Below the pieces are notes generated by a model that worked only from the letters and a program-made list of their open reading frames with translations, was not told where the DNA came from and made no database searches. A stretch of 64,000 nucleotides of DNA from Leucoraja ocellata (Eukaryota), in contig JAWMAR010000009.1 in NCBI GenBank assembly GCA_036785375.1, positions 12,400,001-12,464,000 on the forward strand, in the 5' to 3' direction. This document shows positions 52,433 to 64,000 of the stretch, piece by piece. Within the stretch, counting starts at the first letter, position 1, and the number at the start of each line of letters is the position of its first letter. Both the position numbers and the translations under genes were made by a program.

Positions 52433-52800
52433 AGAGTCATAGACAATGGAAACAGGCCATTCGGCTCAACTTGGTCATCAAGATGCCCCATCTACACTGG
52501 TCCCACCTGCTTGTGTTTGGCCCTATCCCTCTAAACCATTCCTATGCCCAAATGTCTTTTAAATGTTGTTACAGTACATACCTCAGCTACCTCCTCTGGC
52601 TGCTCTCTCCATAAACCTGCCATCCTCTGGTTCCTATTAAATCTTTCCCCTTTCACCTTCAACCCATGTCCTCTGGTTCTTCATTTTCCTGCTAAAAGAC
52701 TGTGCATTCACCCTATCTATTCCCCTCATGACTTTATACACCTTTATAAAATCACCAGAGCCTCATGCGCTCCAAGGAATAAAGTCCTTGCCTGTCCAGT
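52433..52800 (-). mobile_element. CR1 LINE 3' fragment
   Basis: Homologous to the CR1 3' end at 38270-38640. Confidence 0.7.
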
Positions 52801-53409
52801 CTTGCCTTTGATTGATATGAGAGTACACTGTACCTAAACCAGTGTCACCTTACAGAGAGATCAGCCTAATACTGAGCATCAGATATACAACACAGCTATT
52901 TGCTGAGATCCTATCCCATGCTATTCCAAAAATCTCCTTCAAAAATATTTCTTTCGTCTTCATTTTAAACCATGTAATGGATGTTGCTTCTATCATTGTT
53001 ACATGCCTACAATTCCACATGCAATTGAATCTCTGCATCAACATTCATCTTAACATCCACTCACCCCAGAAGGATAAGTGATTTGGTCGCCAGCCTTTGT
53101 CCAACACTATTTGCCTCCTCTCGACCCATTAACATTACTTTCTACTCATTTGCACCTTCTGCAGTTAACTGGCTCCCCTTTAAAGACATATCCATCATTT
53201 ACCTCAACCACGTGTATGACTGCAGAAAGCGGTTAGTATTTTTACCAAATAGAAATAACAATAATGAGTGATAAAGTTAGAAGCAGAATTATCAGATTGG
53301 AAATGTATAATGTGGACGTTGTGGTGCGTGCTTAATTTGTCTTTCATTGCCTACCCATTGACGGGGTCAGTTTGGTGGGTGTTGGGGCTATTGTTAAATG
53401 AAAACCTTA

Positions 53410-53634
53410 TCGTGAGATACGTGTTGTGAAACATAGTGATCTTTATTGTGTTAAACAAAGCACAGCTCACACGCGACTGGGAAGGGTTCTCCCAGAGTTC
53501 TATACATATAAATATCAGGGCACACTCCTAAGCCACGTGACGACTCCTTCCCGCCAAACACTGTCATGTGACTCAGCCAGTCCCAGGGCTAAGGATTCGC
53601 CCAGTAAGTGGCCTAACCCCCAGGTGGCGCCACA
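53410..53634 (-). mobile_element. Probable solo LTR
   Basis: Minus strand begins TGTGGCGCC, has an AT-rich TATA-like patch and AATAAA near its end; ACCTTA direct repeat at 53404-53409 and 53635-53640. Confidence 0.5.
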
Positions 53635-53969
53635 ACCTTACTATATGCAGGATATAACCATCTAAGAGAGAATGGCCTTGCTGAAAGAATCAATTTAGAA
53701 TTCAAAGTTTGACCTTAAGTAGAGAATAGTCAGAAATTATGCAGCTATGAGAAACACAAGCCATCCCATTTTTTGGCAAACCATCTTCGCCAGAGATCGA
53801 ATATATGATGATAGCATTCCTTGGTATGTTTTTGTTTGTGAAAGGCTTGAAACAACAAACTTGATTCTTACAATAATTTCTATGCCATCTTTCAGTGCTT
53901 AAACTTTGTTCCTGGAGATAAAGCATTAGTGAAGGCAAGGTGATCCCTTATGCTGGATCCATCATTTTA

Positions 53970-54057
53970 TGTCTGAAGAAGGGTCTCAATCCGAAATGTC
54001 ACCCATTCCCTTCTCTCCAGAGATGCTGCCTGTCCTGCTGAGTTGCTCCAGCTTTGA
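53970..54057 (+). mobile_element. Short Penelope-like terminal copy with hammerhead-like motif
   Basis: gtCTGAAGAAGGGTCTCAATCCGAAATGTCacc; GATCCATCAT direct repeat at 53956-53965 and 54090-54099. Confidence 0.78.
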
Positions 54058-54334
54058 GTCAATCAGTTTATTCGTTGTAAGTAAACAAAGATCCATCATG
54101 TGTGGAATAGAAGTCTCCACCAACCTTACCCTTGCCGCTTCACTACAAATAAATGTTCCATTAGTCTTTGGGCCAGAAAAGGAAGCCACTCCATCATTTA
54201 AGCCAACACCGACTTAATTTGGATAACAGCACAAGCAATGGGTTGAACTCGACAACGCTGTAAGCAGATATACTCGGTGCAATCCACGCTATATTGACCT
54301 GGTTTGACTTCTTTCATCATAAAGTCCTCAAACT

Positions 54335-54530
54335 CAACCGTGGCTCAATAGTACCTCCTGATATTAGACAGAAAGGTGAAAGTTCAAGTCACATGCCTGA
54401 GCTTTGAGCACTTGAGCCAGGTTGACACTTTAGCACAGCACTGCATTGTTGGATATGCCAGCTTTCACAATTCATGAAGGCTATTTCTCTGCATGTCCAT
54501 GTAAAAAATTCCCTCTCAAGAAGGAACAGA
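54335..54530 (+). mobile_element. Ancient Deu-domain SINE relic (SacSINE1/AmnSINE1-like)
   Basis: gttcaagtc...tttgagcac...caggttgacact...cactgcattgttgga...gccagctttc resembles the DeuSINE consensus as recalled. Confidence 0.45.
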
Positions 54531-55561
54531 TTTAAAGAAAATATTGCAAACACTAAGCAGGATAGGAAGCATCTGCAGAATGAGAAGTATCGTTTCAGAT
54601 CAAAGACCCTTCTTTAGAATTGAAGAAGTGGAAAATTAGTGTTGTTTTAAGTTGCAGAAGGGGTGAGGGAGTGATGGATAGGAAATTGGGAATGTTCCTG
54701 ATAGTCCGAGATCTAGATTGTCATTGTGATATGCTGTTTGATTTATAGATTGGAGGGAGAAAACAAAGGGACATGTAAACGTCGTAAAATACAGACAGGG
54801 TTGTTGCAGATAACTGAAACTAAAAGAATGTTGGACTTTCCCCATAAGATCAGGTAGCACCTGGAGAATATTATTAAATGTCCCTGTCAAAATGTATTTC
54901 TCAATATAATTACAATTTACAATACAAGTGGTTACAATAATACTTTCAAAAGTCATTTGGACAGACATATAGCTAGCAAGGGTTGAGATGAATAAAGGCT
55001 GCATGCAGGCAAATTGGGATTAACTCACAATGGCAACATGGTTAGCACAAACAAGATTGGCTGAAGGGCCTGGCTCCATGCATTATTACAGCTCTATAAC
55101 TACTATTCTAAAATAATCAATATCATATTGCTGCTCATAGGCGTTTTGAGAGCCAAATAGATGAGATATTTAATTGTCTACATTAAAATAGCAATTGCAC
55201 ACTATAAATTGGACTTTTGGGCATTTTCCTTGTGTGGAAATTCCAGCCTTTCAATGCATACATTTAATGAAGTAAAAGTCTGTGCTCCTCCAAAGCTCAT
55301 TTTAAGGAGCCAGATATTAAATATCCCTCCTCTAACTGATCTGTTATAAGATCTTGCCTCCAAGATCAGGGCTTCCCGCACCAACCCTTGCTAGCTTTCT
55401 TTCAAGTTACATGTAATAACACTTCTGCGAAAAAAGGTCAGGATGTTTTACATTTAATTGGAAGATCTGGTAGCAAAATCTTCCTGAAATGCACTTTCTG
55501 ATTGGATTAGGTTAAAAGTTTAGCTTGTTGCAGGAATGATGCTTTTGCAGCTTGATTCTAC

Positions 55562-55580
55562 TGGCCACCAGATGGCAGTG
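55562..55580 (+). promoter_or_regulatory. Candidate CTCF binding site
   Basis: TGGCCACCAGATGGCAGTG closely matches the CTCF core consensus. Confidence 0.55.
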
Positions 55581-56071
55581 CCTCACATACAAGATACCCA
55601 ACCCACTTCGAACATCTGCAAAGAAAGATTTGGCTTCTATTCATCACAAGGTTGCCCAACCTCTGCATGACAAAGTTGAGTTGGATGTAATGAAGATGAA
55701 GAGGAAATTATTACAGAGAGAGATAGGAAAAATATAGGATGAGAGATGAGAGAAGATTTTTTTTTTAATTCAAAGGGTACACTTTTTTATCTTTGGTTTA
55801 TTTGACCCAGAAACTCGCCTTGAGCTGTTCAAGGAAATGCTACCTGCAAATGAATTGCAGTCTGGTGACAGACCAAGGAATGGTGCTTGGAAAGGACTAC
55901 TAAAACTCAGGTCATACGTCTCCATCCAACACTCGAGTTCCAGATAACTACCAGATTTGAAACCAATTTAGTCTGCAGAAAATGGAAAGCGATCCATGCA
56001 GGTTCAGATGCAAAGCTAAAATTGAGAGCAGGTATCACAGGAAAATGTCTTATTTAAAAACACACAGATTA

Positions 56072-56227
<156 letters not shown>

Positions 56228-56479
56228 TTACAATGAAAACCAGAACTGAATGAGCAAATCGGACATATTTTCACGTTAGCAAGATGAATTTAGACATTTA
56301 CAAAAATAAGTTGATAAAGTATATAATCATGGAGCACAGCAATGTCTTCATTCAATATACCAAGAATATCATACTTGCTCACAATATTTACAAAACTTCA
56401 ACGTTATCAATGTACAATATACTTCAAAAGCTTTACTCAGGACATGTCGTTGCCTTTGCTCACTGCACCAGGCAATTCA

Positions 56480-57060
56480 ACACATTTTCTTCCAAAGTAT
56501 TGCCGTCACAAATGTTTCATCCTTAAACACTGCATCAATGATTCAGCTCAGGGTTGTTACACATGACTCCGTCCCTCAGTGTCCAGTGGCATGTGACCCC
56601 AGACTATACAACTTCTCCACAGAGCCTTTGCAGAGTCAGCAAACACACAGTCCACAAGGAGGTGGATATCCATCATTGCCGTCATCTCAAGCGCAGTGCA
56701 GTGGGTCTGAAAATCTGGTCGTGTAAGAAGTATCTGACAGGGAGGGCCCTGCTTGCCACCGACCAAAAGAGGACTTGCTGTTTATTTTGCGAGCTGGAGA
56801 TGAGGATTTCTTTCAAATGAATTTCACAATGTGCGCAAGGAGCCATCTCACAGGATGCATCGTCTCCTTCTCCTGCAGAGTCTCCAAGACACTTCATGCA
56901 AACCACTGCCTGATTGACTTGTGGTTGCAGCCGTTTTCCACACAAGCTTTTCACAAGGGACAGCTGGTGCAGCATGACCAACTGAAAGGAACGATTCGCA
57001 GCAAGGAGGCCTGGCTTATCCTTTGCAACAGTGGGACAAGCCATCATTTCACATACAACC
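56480..57060 (-). mobile_element. Degraded Tx1/L1-clade LINE, C-terminal zf-RVT region
   Basis: SSSQNKQQVLFWSVASRALPVRYFLH and, in another frame, HLLVDCVFA...KALWR, typical of Tx1 ORF2 ends. Confidence 0.7.
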
Positions 57061-58799
57061 AAGTGTAACAAATCTATCACAAAGGCAGGACAATTTCAGT
57101 CCTCTGGTCCGTCCAGCCTTTCTCATGAAACTGCAATATCGTTTAGATCACACTGCATACACTTTATTGCCACCATCTCTCAATGGGAAATTATAAATCA
57201 ATCCACTGTGGAGGATGTGGGTCAGGGTGGCAAGCTGGGAAATGTGTTAAAGAAGCAGTTTTACTTTGTTCAATTTTTAGTCTGGATTTCTCAAACCCCA
57301 GCTGCTGTCCGCAATAGTAAAATATCTGATGCAACAGCAAGTAAATATGTACTTTTATTTGAATTAAATACTCTGAATTTTAACCAGAGCACATTCCAGT
57401 ATGGACAAGAAAAGACAAGAACATACACTAATTTTAGTTAACCTTAAATCAACAGATACTTTTAAATACCAGTCAGCATTAACTGAGATCATTTATTTTT
57501 GTGAGATTAGAATAAGTCTCAAGATATTGAATATGATTCGTGAACAGAACTTTCCTCATCTCAAGTATGTCTTTTCTCATATTTTGCAAGTTCCAATGCA
57601 CTGACTAATTTCACACTTTGTATCAATGGAAACGTAAATTTATGTAGCACCTTCCATGATTTCAGGGCTATTCAAATTTGTTTTACAATAGTGAAGTTCT
57701 CTTGAAGTCACTCATCACATAAATAATGCAGAAGCTATTTTGAACCCAGCTAAGTATCACACATGGCAATGTAATGAATTATCATTACCTGTGGCCTCGT
57801 GATGAGGGATAAATATTGGTTTGGAATCCATTACTCTTTCCCAAAATTGTTCCATGATTTAATTCACGTTCACATGAGTATATAGGCAATTACACAGGAC
57901 GTATGGCACATAAACAGGCTACCCGTTCCAACCAGCCAATGGTGCAGTTTCTGTGTCAGTCTAGTATGCCTCAGATTTTCCCCATCTAAATTTATTGGTT
58001 TAATCCTGTTCTCCCTCATTTGCTCGTCTATCCTCGTTTGAAGTGTATCAGTGCTTACAGAAATATGGATCACTTTATCTAAGAGGTTGCTCATTTTAGA
58101 CAAATCAGGCAAAATCCTTTCTCTGAGGGTTTTGAAATGTTATCCTCAAGGAGCAGAGGCAACACAGTGCTTGAACAGTTTTAAGGCAAAGGTAGATACA
58201 TTTTTGATACCAAATGGGTGACCGTTTATCGCAAGTGGTTTGGAATGCGGAGCTGAGATTACAATCAGATCAGCCACAATCCTGCTGAATGCAGAATATG
58301 CATGTGAGCTTCTCCTGCTCCTAATTCATATGATTGGTGACTGTGGTATCGAGTTTAGTATTCTTGCCATTCTTGGGGTAAAGATGTTTCTTCAAATTTC
58401 CCAATCCATTTGCTTAGTGACTACTTTATGTTGAGGACTGCTATTTATGTTCTTTTCCACAAGACGGAATCATTTTCTCTGTATCCAGACTATCAAAACT
58501 TATTTTAAATGTCTTGGTCATGCCTCAGTATTCTTATCTAATGAGAAAAGTGATACAGTCTGTTCAATCTTTCCATGTAATGAAATGGCAGCAGAGTGGT
58601 CCGACAATTAGTGCTGCCTCTAAGCTCCAGGGATGTACATTTGATTCTGACCTTGTATGCCGTTAGCATGGAATTCGCACGTCTTCACAATGATGGTGGT
58701 TTTTACTTGGGTGCGCCCATTCCTTCTCACATCTCAAAGATGTGCTAGTAGATTAATTACAACAATAAGTTTTCCTTCACAGGCAGAAAAACGAATCAA

Positions 58800-59240
58800 T
58801 GGGAGCCCTTGGCCTCCTCGACTGCTGGAGTGAGGCCACACGCAACTTGGAAGAACAGCACCTCATACGCTGCCTGGATAGCCAACAACCCAATGAAATG
58901 AACATTGATGTCTCCAATTCCCCCCCTTGCCCCATCTCCTTTTCCTCCACTCTGCCCGTCACCTTACTTTCCACTACCTTTGTCCCCATCACCTACATTT
59001 CCTGCCCCATCTCCATCTGCTCAACACTCACTCCTTCCTAAACATGCCCCCAAATATTTTCCCACTTGTCCACCCGCTTTCCCTTCAACACAGCATCCCT
59101 CCCTCTGGTTTTACACTTCACTCCCCACCACCTTTAACAGATTCCCATTTATGCACCCATTTATCCTTCCCCATCTCCAGCCTTGGTTACCATCCTCACA
59201 CTTCTCTGTCCCACCTGATGCTACTGTGAATCAACCACAC
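58800..59240 (+). mobile_element. Degraded Penelope GIY-YIG C-terminus and pyrimidine-rich tail
   Basis: ORF 58799..59041 LGLLDCWSEATRNLEEQHLIRCLDSQQPNEMNIDVSN. Confidence 0.8.
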
Positions 59241-59254
59241 TTCACCTGGATCAC

Positions 59255-59757
59255 CCTGTGCAGTTCTGGTTGGCCCAATGCAGGACGGATGTGGAGGCTT
59301 CGGAGAGGGTAGAGCCTTCCCAGGATGCTGCCCGGATTAGAACATATTATCAATAGGGGAGGTTTGACAAGTTTGGATTGTTTTCTCTGGAGCATTGGAG
59401 CGGAGGGGAAACCTGATAAAGTTATGAGAGATGGGGTAGACAGTCAGAATCTTTTCAGCAGAGTGGAAATATCAACTACCAGAGAGCAGAGCTTTAAAGT
59501 GAGGGAGGGAAAGTTTAAAAGACGTGTGTGTATTTTTTTTTTAAACACAGTGGTAGGTGCCTGGAATGTGCTGCCAGGGGTGATGGAGGAAACCGATATG
59601 ATGGTGTCATTTAAGAGGCTTTTAGATAGGTACATGAATATGCAGAAAATGGAAGGAAATGGATCATGTGCAGGCAGAAGGGATTTGTTCAATTTGGCAT
59701 CATGTTCAGGAGAGACGAAATGAGTTGAAGGCCTGTGCTGCACTGTTTTATGCTCTA
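59255..59757 (+). mobile_element. CR1 LINE 3' fragment
   Basis: ORF 59325..59723 MLPGLE...VVGAWNVLPG...FKRLLDRYM. Confidence 0.8.
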
Positions 59758-60480
59758 AAATTCTCTCAATGAGCTACGTTTATGTTGCATCAATGCCTTT
59801 ACCATATCTAATTTTCCATCTTTGGGGTAATTTCAACTTCCACCTCAATTTACTGTACATCAGATTCCACCTTCAATGCCTTTGAATGGTTGCAGTCTCT
59901 CTGCAGCAATGCTCAAACTTGGAGATGCGATCAGCAGTGAGGATATTATAAACTACAAGATAACATAGATAGACTTGAAGAATGTCAGGGAAGTGACAGA
60001 TAAAATTTAATACAGAGACGTGTGAAGTGATGCATTTTGGCAGCAACAATGTGAAGATACTATACATATGGCATTGTTCCAAAGAATGTTTGGATGTAAA
60101 AATGTACATCAGCACAAATCTCTGAAAGTGGTAAGACATGTTGAGAGAGCAGTTAGTAATGTGTATAGGATTAATAAATGGAGGGGAAGAACACAAATGA
60201 AGGAAACTTGTATTGAACTTCTACAAAGTACTGATTTTTGCCCAATTATTTTGCTACTGATTCTGATTACAACAGTTTAGGAGAATGCTCTGAAGCAAGC
60301 ACGAAAAAAAAATTATCACAGCAGTTTCCAGAATGAGGCATTTCAGTAAAATAGGCCGAAAGAAGAAACCAAGGCTGACGTTGTTGGAGACAGGAGATAT
60401 ATTATGCATAAGTACAATCTTACAAAGAGTAAATAGAGAAACTGTTCTCATTTGTTTGTATTGGTGGAAATGTATCAGCC

Positions 60481-61090
60481 TCGATAACAATCAGCACGGG
60501 AACACCTCAAGGCTGCATGCTCAGCCCCCTGCTGTACTCACTCTATACTCATGACTGTGTAGCCGGTCATAATGCGAACTCCATCATCAGGTTCACCGAC
60601 GACACCACTGTTGTGGGACGTATCACTGATGGGGACGAGTCAGAGTATAGAAGTGAGATCGTCCGATTGACTAAATGGTGCCAGCACAATAACCTGGCTC
60701 TCAACACCAGCAAAACCAAGGAACTGATTGTGGACTTTGGAAGGGGTAGGATGGGGACCCACAGTCCCGTTTATATTAACGGGTTGATGGTAGAAAGGGT
60801 TAAGAGCTTAAAATTCCTGGGCGTACATATCTCTGAAGATCTCTCCTGGTCCCAGAACACTGATGCAATTATAAAGAAAGCACATCAGCGCCTCTACTTC
60901 CTGAGAAGCTTACGGAGAGTCGGTATGTCAAGGAGGACTCTCTCGAACTTCTATAGGTGCACAATAGAGAGCATGCTGCATCGTTGCATCATGGCTTGGT
61001 TCGGCAACTTGAGCGTACAGGAGCGGAAAAGACAACAAAAAGGTGTAAATACTGCCCAGTCCATCATCTGCTCTACCATCGAGGGGTTCT
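60481..61090 (+). mobile_element. Rex1/Babar-type LINE RT fragment, well preserved
   Basis: ORF 60517..61143 LSPLLYSLYTHDCV...IIRFTDDTTVVG...KTKELIVDF...KFLGVHISEDLSWS. Confidence 0.9.
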
Positions 61091-61280
61091 ATCACATCTT
61101 GAATCATTTGTGGGTAGCTCAAGGACCAAGTTTTATAATGTAAAAGAGTTGTTATAAAACAAACTTGCTGCATGTGAAATGTTCATACCTCATAGCAATA
61201 AATGCAATATTTATTTGGTTCATTCTCCACTTCCCATGAGTGGCTACAACTATCACACCGATTAATCTTTAAATAAACTA

Positions 61281-61526
<246 letters not shown>

Positions 61527-62426
61527 TCACCTCTGGAAATTCCACCTTGCAAGCTGTTAATTTATGCAAAGGTACTATTATCTAACCACAATCAATATTC
61601 ATGTTTAAGAGCTGCACATCGCTGTTTGCTTGTTGCACCAAGATCTGTGCATGAAACATTCAGCATTTTTTATGCTCCATTTGCTGCATACTGTGCTAAA
61701 AGGGAAGATGCATGAGCAGCTCAGAACTCTCCAAGTGGTTTGCTGCCAATTTTGGTGTTAGGACGTCTATCAGAATAACAGAGGGGCAGGAGCTGGTACT
61801 GTGAATAGATGTGCTCCTCTTTCAGTAATGCACTAAGACTTTCTATCTCAAGAAGTTCAAATCAAGAGCTGAATAGAATTATGGGAAAAGCAAGGAACTG
61901 CAATGCAGCCTCAACTTTCAATGTTGACCCATACTAGTTCAACAGAGTGGAACCTCTTCCTGAAGATTAATTACACAATTTGTGTAACATGAAGCATGGA
62001 ATGAAGTAACCGGTAACTCCCAAATTCCAAGAAGAACGTGTTATAAAGTTTAAACTGGCTTTCTGAGAAAACCAGAGCTCTACATCATCAGTGTTCAAAA
62101 CATTTTGCTATTCCACTAAATTATATGCACAACAAAATTTCACATTTCTTGTTTAACGAGATATAAAATATGAAATGTCACATGAAATCATTTTCTCCTG
62201 AGAACATGAGATACAATTTAAAAGCTGAACCAGATTTCAGTCAATTTTATTTGAAATAGCCCGTGAACAACGTGTTCAAATGAGGCAGAGGCAGTAGGCA
62301 CCATTTTTGAAATCAGTGCCAAATCACACTGGCTTTCAACGGACACCTCATCCATTTCTAGACAGACCATACGCCCTGAAATTGTACAACCTTGTGTTCT
62401 CTTCTGCACCATAATCAGATACTTAC

Positions 62427-62522
62427 AGGTTTTATGTCATTCTCCAATGAATTCAAGAAATCTCCTCTTGTGACTTTCAGCTTCTCAGCTTTCTCCATGT
62501 CAACTTCCACTTTGCTTGCCGC
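62427..62522 (-). CDS. NSF: NSF coding exon (approx. human exon 13), 96 bp: [32 protein letters not shown]
   Basis: Manual translation matches vertebrate NSF ([32 protein letters not shown]); acceptor ctAG and donor GTAAGT; phase 0-0. Confidence 0.96.
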
Positions 62523-63049
62523 CTAGTTATGGGAAGTGAAGTAAATAATAAATCTCATTACAATTGTACACATTGTCCAACTCGATCATGCTGTCAGATC
62601 TAGGTGCTAAACAAGTCATTGCATTAGCTGATATTTCACTTTGCTAACCAATTACCAAACCCATCTCCTTTAAGATGCTCCTTAAAACCTACTTCACTGA
62701 CCAAGCTTTTGGTCAACTGCCCATGTATTTTGTGACAAATTTCATTTGATAGTGCAGCTGTGAAGCATCTTGGAATATCTCATAAATCAAAGAGTTCTAA
62801 ATAAAACTAAAGTCACCACTATTGTGGGGGTGAAGAAGCCAGAAAAGATATTTTAAGGAGAAAGAAACCACGAGTCAAATCTTATCAGATAATTCTGTAA
62901 AAAAAACAATCTTCACCTCTTTTGTGCCATAAACATTGAGAATTCTGTAAAGAAGTTAGAGTGCATTTCCAATCTATTCCATGCATACAGAACCACATTA
63001 CTTAAAGTTATTTTTGCTTGTTGATTATGGTTCCTATAAAGAATTAATG

Positions 63050-63196
63050 TGCATCTGTGGAGGGAAATGGACAAACACCTTTTTGGGTCGAGACCTTTCT
63101 TCAAGAACGAATGTTGTCTGTCCATATCCCTGCACAGTAATTGCTTCAGGAGCATGTATTTTGCTCAAGATTCCACCATCTGCAGTCTCTTGTATC
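63050..63196. mobile_element. Collapsed inverted pair of Penelope termini
   Basis: gcatctgtggagggaaatggaca...gggtcgagacctttcttca followed by tgtccatatccctgcacag...gctcaagattccaccatctgcag. Confidence 0.6.
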
Positions 63197-64000
63197 ACCA
63201 TAATGAAACAAAGACCTCTTTCCTGGTGACAAATGATTTAGAATCCACCTTCTATCCTAGATAACCCAGTGTCAATACCACAACCAAGGAATTACATAAC
63301 CCAGTAACTAAAAGCCACACACATATTTGTCCGCTCAATCAAAGTACCACACAGGGAACATCTCAATCTTCCTTTTTGCAGCCTTATGGAACTGGGGAAT
63401 CAATACTCTAGCCATAGTTAATAGCCAAGTGGTTAGCACTTTATTGACAATGATGCATAAATCCAAACAACACTAGGCACTGCAATCACAGTTCCACCTT
63501 CATGCAAGTGGGATAGTCAGCATGATCTCATTTTATAGAGTGCATACAATTCAGTTCACCTACAGGTGGCCCAAATTACTCAAGGTAAATTCCTTACCTT
63601 ACATATTCAACTGCACTGAAACAAACAGGAGCCACAAAGGGTTAGTCTATCACCCGCCTGGGATAACCTGACATTTAAACCCCTGTTAGTTGATCAGTAG
63701 TACATGACCTAAAGTGCCTGGAGCAAGACTTCTCTCTGATCCCGTGGGACCAACTGACTCACATTTGGTTCAAACAGCTGCCCACATACACAATAACAGC
63801 ACCCTGGAGATTGGAGGAACACAAAAGACACTTAATGTATTGTTGTGCAACAGGTACCTGGGGCTGTAAGTAACACCACTTTTATAGCATCAAGAAAAGC
63901 AGTACCCTCTGGCACCAAGCCTGGTGTTTCAAACAGTGTTGTACCTGCATCACCAAACACAGGCCTCTCTACAGCTAATCCACACTCGAGTCACCTGTCT

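Noticed and set aside
56538-57441. ORF cluster as a nested host gene
   Set aside because: Explained by the frameshifted Tx1 LINE relic and its antisense frames.
60517-61143. Functional reverse transcriptase gene
   Set aside because: Truncated at both ends, lacks the N-terminal RT motifs and endonuclease; a LINE fragment.
62523-64000. NSF exon upstream of 62522
   Set aside because: No ...AQSTAMNRHIK-like coding sequence found; it lies beyond the window.

Overview
Vertebrate genomic DNA. The repeat content (HE1-type V-SINEs, HER1/CR1 LINEs, Penelope-like elements) points to an elasmobranch, probably a skate or ray; that assignment is inference. The whole window lies inside one gene on the minus strand, NSF (N-ethylmaleimide-sensitive factor, vesicle-fusing AAA+ ATPase). 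Seven coding exons with canonical GT-AG boundaries (96, 157, 134, 67, 80, 135 and 114 bp) splice in frame and encode the end of D1 and most of D2; they correspond to human exons 13-19 as I recall the human structure. The remaining exons lie outside the window. The introns, including one of about 37.9 kb (10783-48664), are filled with CR1, Rex/Babar, RTE, Tx1 and Penelope retroelement relics, tRNA-SINEs, a non-autonomous Helitron, MITEs and a probable solo LTR. The most interesting signal is a Penelope-derived family. It includes a 934-bp fold-back insertion with a 15-bp TSD, over a dozen short terminal copies carrying a minimal hammerhead-ribozyme-like motif (several with their own TSDs), and collapsed palindromic derivatives. 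I found no nested protein-coding gene or novel multi-gene system.
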